A stretch of 52,957 nt of DNA from a virus (taxonomy: Duplodnaviria; Caudoviricetes). The notes beneath the pieces were generated by a model. The model ran no database searches and was not told the DNA's origin. It was given only the letters and a program-made list of their open reading frames with translations. Location: positions 1 to 52,957 of IMG/VR virus record IMGVR_UViG_3300037478_000397, one strand, 5' to 3'. The translations under genes and the position numbers were made by a program. Position 1 is the stretch's first letter. Each line of letters opens with the position of its first letter. This document shows, one piece after another, positions 47,001 through 52,957 of the stretch.

Positions 47001-47059
47001 GTTATTCGTCTCCAAGTGGAGGCGAGCCGCGGCAAGAGAAGCCGTCGGTGTCGCCGGTG

Positions 47060-47992
47060 TTAGTGTTCAGCGGCCATAATACACGTTCCCGCGTAAAATG
47101 CAAGTGGTGTTTCAGAAGAATTTTCGGCGAGCGTCTCCATGACAATCGGTGGGGGTGCAACCGCCTTTGCCGACCGGCTTTTATCGACGTAGTATCGCCA
47201 CATGTCGGACGTGCGGTGGCCAAGAAACTGTTGCACCATCGCGGGATTAGATTCCCAAACCGACGTCGCCGCGGTCCGGCGAAGCTGTTGCGTCAACCCG
47301 TAGCGGACGCCAGCGGCGTTGCACAGTTCCCGCCAGAGTGCCGTGTAATCGCCGTTTTTTCCCGTCCAGCAGAGTGGGCGCGGGTAAGGAATTTGCCTCA
47401 CCAATGCAAGAACATGCAGCGAAAGTTTGCACAAGTGAGGGTGCGCCGTCTTGTTCTGCCGCAAGCGAATCGTGCCGTCCGCTGCGATATCGGGATGGTC
47501 AAGCGCGAACAAGTCGCCCTTCCGTAAGCCCGTGTCGTAAGCGGAACCAATCAGAGACAATGCGTAGCAAGATCGTGGAACCTTTGGCCGATCTTTTAGC
47601 GTGCCTCGCAACGCCTTTGCGCTACCGACTAGGCTGGAAAGCTCGCCATCCGTCCAAGCCCACGGGTCGGGCGGCGGCACGTTCACCCGCCGCACGTGCC
47701 TAGACGGAATTTCGCCGTTGCCCGTTCTATCCGCCGCAAAACGCAAAACCGTCAGCACGTTCGCCCGATGATTGCGGCACGTCCGCGGCGCGAAACGATT
47801 CTGCAAATCCGCAATCCAGTCAGACAAAAGACTAGATGAGATTTCAGCGTTGGACAGCAGGCTGGAATGGACGATGAACAGCCGGCAGGAACGTCGCAAG
47901 CGATACGCGGCGTCAGCGGAAAGCGGGTTGTGCCGGATGTACTCGTCGCACCAACCATAAAGTGTGGGCGGCAACATTCTCAAAAGTAGCAT
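47060..47992 (-). CDS. int: Tyrosine integrase
   Basis: TGLRKGD (R), QNKT (K), QQLRR, LGH, WRYY catalytic Tyr. Confidence 0.9.
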   Translation of the reverse strand: MLLLRMLPPTLYGWCDEYIRHNPLSADAAYRLRRSCRLFIVHSSLLSNAEISSSLLSDWIADLQNRFAPRTCRNHRANVLTVLRFAADRTGNGEIPSRHVRRVNVPPPDPWAWTDGELSSLVGSAKALRGTLKDRPKVPRSCYALSLIGSAYDTGLRKGDLFALDHPDIAADGTIRLRQNKTAHPHLCKLSLHVLALVRQIPYPRPLCWTGKNGDYTALWRELCNAAGVRYGLTQQLRRTAATSVWESNPAMVQQFLGHRTSDMWRYYVDKSRSAKAVAPPPIVMETLAENSSETPLAFYAGTCIMAAEH

Positions 47993-48051
47993 ACGTCATG
48001 GTGATAATCTCCGTTGGCCTCGCAATCCGCGGTCCGTAATCCGATTAGGTT

Positions 48052-48071
48052 TTCGACTCCCCGTGGGGGTA
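48052..48071 (+). other. Putative attP core (tRNA T-loop to 3' end)
   Basis: TTCGACT-CCCCG-TGGGGGT-A reads as T-loop, T-stem 3' strand, acceptor 3' strand and discriminator, 60 bp from the int start. Confidence 0.65.
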
Positions 48072-48190
48072 CTCCGTTTCGCGGGACGCGCAACCCGTAA
48101 GGGCCGCAACTCGCACCGCTGGTGTTAGTGTTCACCCCGCGAAACGGATTTACTACTTGCAAAATCTACGCTATCGCGTAAAGTGAGGCA

Positions 48191-48412
48191 ATGCAGGCTA
48201 TGGCAGATATCGCCGAATTCTTGACGACAAGTGAGGCAGCCGAGGTCATCGGCTGTTCTGATGCCCACGTGCGCCATATGTGCCTCAACGGCGAATTGCC
48301 TGGCCGGAAGACCGGCCATATGTGGCTGATTCGCCGCCGTGACGCGGAAAAAATCCGCGACGTGGAACACGACCGCGGACGGCCGCGAAAAAATTCTCAG
48401 AAGACCGCTTGA
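48191..48412 (+). CDS. Excisionase/Cro-like HTH (HTH_17 type)
   Basis: LTTSEAAEVIGCS..HVR..C..G.L.GRK.G..WLI; divergent from int. Confidence 0.85.
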   Translation: MQAMADIAEFLTTSEAAEVIGCSDAHVRHMCLNGELPGRKTGHMWLIRRRDAEKIRDVEHDRGRPRKNSQKTA

Positions 48413-48437
48413 CCTTATCCGCGTAGTCGTATAAATT
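48409..48437 (+). promoter_or_regulatory. Rightward early promoter
   Basis: TTGACC-N17-TAAATT. Confidence 0.5.
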
Positions 48438-48617
48438 AGCCGGCGAACACTAACGCCGGCCTTTCTATTGAATCGCCGGTAGCAAAGTTTACCGGCGTTC
48501 TCTGGCCCCTCTGGCCGCAGTTCGCCACACAAACCCTTTCAGGTCGGCACTGCGGCGAGCGAGTCCCACGACGCGCCGCCGCGTGCCGGCTTTTACCTCA
48601 CGACGGAGCGAAAGCGT

Positions 48618-48818
48618 ATGGCCCGCGCCGCCACCGACGCCATTACCGTCACGTGCCTGGAAAAGGGCAACGAAAAATACATCGTCCTACTCGACTCCGC
48701 CGCCGACCCGGTGGAACTGTTCCGCGCGCTGGGACGCCAGGCGGCGAATCCAGACTTGTCGTTCACGTGGGGGGATATGCGGAAAGTTATTGAGGAGTTG
48801 AGGAAGGAATTAGCGTGA
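48618..48818 (+). CDS. Hypothetical protein
   Basis: GGAG RBS; KG.EKYI.L.D...GR.A.NP.L.F.W.D motif, which I associate with planctomycete proteins (unverified). Confidence 0.65.
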   Translation: MARAATDAITVTCLEKGNEKYIVLLDSAADPVELFRALGRQAANPDLSFTWGDMRKVIEELRKELA

Positions 48819-49009
48819 CCAAATCAGAATACATCGCGATCAACAAGCAGCTTAGCGAGGCGATCACGGCGCTCGCCAACGCTTGGGCGGAGATGAATCC
48901 AAAGCACCGGCAGCATTGGTTCGGTGAGGCGATTGAGCGATTGCGACAGGCCGTCGAATTATTGGAAGCGGAAGAAAAATCGGAATCAGCAACACGTCGC
49001 GGCGCGTAG
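48815..49009 (+). CDS. Hypothetical protein
   Basis: GTGA overlap. Confidence 0.6.
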   Translation: MTKSEYIAINKQLSEAITALANAWAEMNPKHRQHWFGEAIERLRQAVELLEAEEKSESATRRGA

Positions 49010-49077
49010 CCGCGGCTGCCGGCGCGGCGGATGCGAATTGGCTCGCCGCGCCGGATTTTGAAACGAAAGGGAAACCA

Positions 49078-49296
49078 ATGGGCGAAATCGCCGACATGAT
49101 GATCGATGGACTGCTCGATAGCGTAACTGGCGAGTTGATCGACGGCGACGCGCCGGGCTATCCGCGAACGAAATACAAGCCCCTACCGAAGTTGCCAAGG
49201 CAACATTCATGCAAGTTGTGCGGCAAGCGGTTCCGCACGATGCGAGGCGTGAAGGATCACACGAAGGCCGTACACGCTGCGGAAGGGGGGAAATGA
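49078..49296 (+). CDS. C2H2 Zn-finger small protein
   Basis: MGEIADMMIDG; CKLCGKRF....GV.DH...VH. Confidence 0.75.
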   Translation: MGEIADMMIDGLLDSVTGELIDGDAPGYPRTKYKPLPKLPRQHSCKLCGKRFRTMRGVKDHTKAVHAAEGGK

Positions 49297-49604
49297 TGCA
49301 CCCCATCTTCCTAACCGAAGCGGAGCAAGAAATCCGCGGCATTCTGCCGCATCCAAAGCCGGAGCCGCACGATGACGATGTTCGCGTGACGGACCTCGCG
49401 CCGCGCGTCGTGGATGAGGAGTCATGCCGGCGCCATATGCACGGGGCGGAAGTCGCGGTCAATCTTGCCGTCGACTGGCTAGCGGCGGCAAGGAAAGTCG
49501 CGCCCGCGGACTTGCAAGAGCGTCTAGGCGAACTTGCCGGCGAGTTGGAATTTGTGAGAGTGTCGCTGATGCGGTGCGGAGAAAAAATAACATGCAAGTC
49601 TTAA
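49293..49604 (+). CDS. Hypothetical protein
   Basis: ATGA overlap. Confidence 0.5.
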   Translation: MMHPIFLTEAEQEIRGILPHPKPEPHDDDVRVTDLAPRVVDEESCRRHMHGAEVAVNLAVDWLAAARKVAPADLQERLGELAGELEFVRVSLMRCGEKITCKS

Positions 49605-50713
49605 CTCACTCACGAATTGATACGTTCAAGGTCTGCCGGCGTCGGCATTGGTACGCCTACGAACTGGGCATCCGCCGCGACACCGATGGCAAGGCGCGCC
49701 GCATGGGGTCCGCCTACCACGACGGTATCGAAGCGCTTGCCACAACCGGCAGTCTGGACCTCGCCTGCCAGCGCGTTTACGGCCGCTACGATTCGCAGCC
49801 TGACGTGTTCAACGAACAAGAATGGTTGTACGAACGTGAAACCGTTCTGCGGTTGATTTGCGGTTACGACTGGCGTTGGCAGGACGAGCCGCTGAACTAT
49901 GTTGCGGCCGAATTGCCGTGGAAACGTCGGTTGATAAACCCGGCGACCGGCGCGGCATCGAAAGTGTTTGAACTCGCCGGAAAAATTGACGGCATCGTTG
50001 CTCTTGCCGACGGCCGCGGCGCGGTTATCGAACACAAGTGCTTGTCGGAAGACTTGGGCAGCGACTCTCCGCTCTGGCGGCGACTGCGCATCGACCACCA
50101 AATAAGCCTGTACGTACTCATGGCGCGGGAGCTTGGCCACCGTGCCGATTGCGTCCTCTACAACGTCTGCCGCAAGCCGACTATCAAACCGACAAACATC
50201 CCGGTGCTTGATGAGCTTGGCGCGAAAATTGTGCTCAGTGAATTCGGCACGCGAGTCAAAACAGACCGCGGCCAGTGGCGGCAGACGGGGGACACGGCTC
50301 GCGGATTCGTGCTGCAAACACGGCCAATGACTGAGGCGGAGTGGGGTGAAAAGTTGGCGGAAGATATCGTTCTGCGGCCGGAATTTTACTACGCCCGACG
50401 CGAGATTGCACGTCTCGATATCGACTTGAATCGATACGCTGCCGAACTGTGGCAAATCCAAAAGACGATTCGCGACGCGCAGAATCACGACCGACATTAT
50501 CTTACGTGCAACCGCAATACTTGCGAGTTTTGTGACTACTTCGATATTTGTTGTTCTGGACAGGACGTTACTTCCGGCGCGTTGCCGGAAGGCTTTGTGA
50601 AGTTGGAAGATTTGCATCCTGAATTGGAGGGAACTTTTAATGACACCTACCAAGAGTCCGCCGCCGGCCCCACCGCCGGCGAAGAAACCCTTGCCGCCGC
50701 CCCCACCAACTGA
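49592..50713 (+). CDS. PD-(D/E)XK exonuclease (RecB/Cas4-like)
   Basis: THS....F..C.RR, G.A.H, AGKIDG..IEHK, Q..LY, C..C.FC.Y...C. Confidence 0.88.
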   Translation: MQVLTHSRIDTFKVCRRRHWYAYELGIRRDTDGKARRMGSAYHDGIEALATTGSLDLACQRVYGRYDSQPDVFNEQEWLYERETVLRLICGYDWRWQDEPLNYVAAELPWKRRLINPATGAASKVFELAGKIDGIVALADGRGAVIEHKCLSEDLGSDSPLWRRLRIDHQISLYVLMARELGHRADCVLYNVCRKPTIKPTNIPVLDELGAKIVLSEFGTRVKTDRGQWRQTGDTARGFVLQTRPMTEAEWGEKLAEDIVLRPEFYYARREIARLDIDLNRYAAELWQIQKTIRDAQNHDRHYLTCNRNTCEFCDYFDICCSGQDVTSGALPEGFVKLEDLHPELEGTFNDTYQESAAGPTAGEETLAAAPTN

Positions 50714-51503
50714 CGAGAACGGACAGACGCATGAGCGCAAGACGTTCAGCGTGTCGGCCGGCGTGAAACACGGGGCGCAAAAAGTCGTGTTGTACGGTCC
50801 CGGCGGCGTCGGAAAAACATCGCTGCTTGCCTCGCTCGCCGACGTGGGAACGAATCCGCTGGTACTCGACTTGGAAAGCGGCTCGCAATTCCTGGATGTG
50901 CCGCGCGTCACGCCCACGCCTGAGACGTGGGACGACATGAGGGACGCGCTGCATAGCGTTTCGCTTTGGCAAGGCCACGACGCGGTAGCCATCGACTCAC
51001 TGACGTTCGCCGAAGAGTTGGCGGTTCGGTGGACGCTGGCCAACGTCAAGCACCCCGACAAGCCCGACAAGCGGATTACGTCGATTGAATCCTACGGCTA
51101 TGGCAAAGGATTCCAATTCGTCTACGACACGTTCTTGCAACTGCTTGCGGACTTGGATATGCACGTTCGGGCCGGCCGGCACGTCGTGTGTATCGCGCAC
51201 GATTGCACCGAAAAGGTTCCCAACCCTGGCGGCGAGGATTGGCTGCAATATCAACCGCGCCTTCAGTCGCCGCCGAAGCAAGGCAAGATTCGCGAGCGTG
51301 TCAAAGAGTGGTGCGACCACCTGCTTTACATTGGTTTCGACGTGGCGGTTGAGGGGGGGAAAGGCAAAGGCGGCGGCACGCGAACCATCCATCCGATGGA
51401 ACTGCCGACGCACTGGGCGAAGTCTCGTTTGTTGTCCGACCCTATCGAATACTCGAAAGGTTCTTCGGACATTTGGCGTCAACTCTTGAACGGAGGGGAT
51501 TAG
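50640..51503 (+). CDS. AAA_24/Sak4-like ATPase (annealing protein)
   Basis: YGPGGVGKTS, LDLE.G, AIDSL, GYGKG, IAH, EWCD, WAKSR. Confidence 0.88.
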   Translation: MTPTKSPPPAPPPAKKPLPPPPPTDENGQTHERKTFSVSAGVKHGAQKVVLYGPGGVGKTSLLASLADVGTNPLVLDLESGSQFLDVPRVTPTPETWDDMRDALHSVSLWQGHDAVAIDSLTFAEELAVRWTLANVKHPDKPDKRITSIESYGYGKGFQFVYDTFLQLLADLDMHVRAGRHVVCIAHDCTEKVPNPGGEDWLQYQPRLQSPPKQGKIRERVKEWCDHLLYIGFDVAVEGGKGKGGGTRTIHPMELPTHWAKSRLLSDPIEYSKGSSDIWRQLLNGGD

Positions 51504-51505
51504 TT

Positions 51506-52120
51506 ATGTCGGTTCCTATTGATCGTGAAGGGACGTTTCGTGGGGTCATTGTCGAATATGGCCTGCGGGAAATGGAAAGCGGTTCGCGGGCCGTCTGCGT
51601 TAGCATCTGCGCGCAGATTCACGCGAAATTCGATGGCGAAGAGTGGGAGGATTGGACTTCCTACGATGTTGAAGCCCGCGGCGACGTGTGGGTCGTCAAG
51701 AAGGACGGCACATTGAATCTGCGGGGGAGCGAAACGCTTGTGAAACATGCCGGCTGGGACGGCAAATTTACCAGCGTTGTGCAAGGCACTTGGCAGCCGA
51801 CGCCGTGCCAGTTCGTCGTGAAGAAGGACGAGTACAACGATGAAATTCGCTACAGGATTGACTTCGTCAACGACTTCGATCGCACGCCGGGCGAGATTGG
51901 CAACGTGGATGCCGAGCGGGCGAAGGCGCTGGAAAACCAGTACGGCTCGCAAATGCGGGCGCTGTTCGCCAACGCCCGCCACGGCACGTCCAAGCCGGCC
52001 GAGGGCAGCAAGCCGAGTGCGCCGCCTGCTCCTGCTCCTGCGAAAGAGCAACAGGCGAATCGGGTGTTGCAAGAGACGGCGGTGGAAACAAATCCCGTTG
52101 CGGACGAAATTCCTTTCTAG
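51506..52120 (+). CDS. Single-stranded DNA-binding protein (DUF669-like)
   Basis: Follows the ATPase; beta-rich; C-terminal DEIPF. Confidence 0.75.
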   Translation: MSVPIDREGTFRGVIVEYGLREMESGSRAVCVSICAQIHAKFDGEEWEDWTSYDVEARGDVWVVKKDGTLNLRGSETLVKHAGWDGKFTSVVQGTWQPTPCQFVVKKDEYNDEIRYRIDFVNDFDRTPGEIGNVDAERAKALENQYGSQMRALFANARHGTSKPAEGSKPSAPPAPAPAKEQQANRVLQETAVETNPVADEIPF

Positions 52121-52339
52121 GCGATCGTTCCCTCCGTGCCGGGGGCCGCGCATCCGGCCAGGACAAACACGCGGGTTTTTCTGTTGGTCGGTCGGAAGAT
52201 CGGCAAGGACTAACGGACTGAAGCTGATGAATTGCAAAGCCAATACGGCTGGGACTAGGGCGACGGCCCGAACAGCGGTTTCCCGACCGCTTGCCCCAGC
52301 CGTTTCGTTTTTCGGGAGCCAACTGGCGGGAGAGTTGAA

Positions 52340-52888
52340 ATGAGCACTTGGCGAAATATCGCGAACGACAAGGAAAAGTACCAAGCCTACCTTTGTTCGC
52401 GAGAGTGGGGAGTGCTGAAAGAACAGGTAAGGGAGCGGGCTAGCAACAAATGCGAGCGGTGCTTGATGTTTCCGATGAATGCCGTCCACCACCTAACATA
52501 CGTCCGCAAGTACAACGAGGCGCTAGAAGATTTGCAAGCAATTTGTACATCATGCCATGAGTTTACGCATGGAAAATCCGACGTCGATCCTTGCACATTT
52601 ACGATGGGATTAGAAGTCTGGCCAGGCAATCCGAAGCGGGAAGGAACTTCTTGTATTTGTTGTCCAATTTGTGGCAGTGACGACGTTCATCTCGGCCGCT
52701 ATTCGTGTGATACATCTAAATACTGGTGGAGCGGACCGCTTCATATTTTTTCGTGTCGGTGTGAATTGGAGCATGAGTTTGAGTTGTGCTTGGTTGCTCA
52801 CGAAGGAAATATGTTGGCCTACACCAGAAATCATCGACGATCGGAACCGCTGGATATATCAAGCCTTGGTAATGAAAAGGGCGTTTGA
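52340..52888 (+). CDS. HNH endonuclease domain protein
   Basis: YL.SREW...V.ER...CERC..VHH.TY...E..EDL...C..CH..H. Confidence 0.85.
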   Translation: MSTWRNIANDKEKYQAYLCSREWGVLKEQVRERASNKCERCLMFPMNAVHHLTYVRKYNEALEDLQAICTSCHEFTHGKSDVDPCTFTMGLEVWPGNPKREGTSCICCPICGSDDVHLGRYSCDTSKYWWSGPLHIFSCRCELEHEFELCLVAHEGNMLAYTRNHRRSEPLDISSLGNEKGV

Positions 52889-52957
52889 TTTTCATGGGCA
52901 GGAAGCTACCAGCATTCCAGTTTTATCCTGGTGATTGGCTGAAGGACGCTGCGCTAC
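52819..52957. repeat. Terminal direct repeat, right copy
   Basis: Matches 1-139. Confidence 0.95.

Noticed and set aside
48040-48075. Intact tRNA gene
   Set aside because: Only the T-loop and 3' strand are present; no D or anticodon arms
49592-50713. Cas4 as part of a CRISPR adaptation module
   Set aside because: Sits in the standard exonuclease-Sak4-SSB recombination module; no cas1/cas2
49610-52492. Long antisense ORFs (486 aa, 330 aa, and similar ones opposite the capsid, tail and MTase genes)
   Set aside because: Shadow frames of high-GC genes with no motifs or RBS

Overview
This window looks like a complete, circularly permuted ~52.8 kb temperate tailed-phage genome: the first 139 bp recur at the end with one mismatch. 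It is GC-rich and most likely a siphovirus with Mu-like head genes; a Planctomycetota host is a tentative inference. Gene order: replication initiator and a nin-like region with RusA; a late region that opens with an unusual protease/thioredoxin/membrane-protein block where a lysis cassette would be expected; accessory virion proteins; putative terS, then ParB-DNA methyltransferase and a five-gene glycan-modification cluster, then terL; portal, head and tail genes with a -1 frameshift chaperone; a leftward array of small genes separated by a repeated hairpin/RBS element; GIY-YIG, mini-PolX and DUF6166; a tyrosine integrase beside a tRNA-3'-end-like attP; and an exonuclease/AAA-ATPase/SSB module. 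The standout locus (45.4-47.0 kb, minus strand) is a stand-alone Cas7/RAMP-like gene, downstream of a ParB-like gene and flanked by three non-coding arrays of strict NN-GGY pentamers with shared 5' (YCAAC) and 3' (GGT-TTT) ends. This is a candidate phage-encoded RNA-guided system that uses a non-CRISPR dinucleotide code. All protein calls come from motif recognition by eye; no searches were run.
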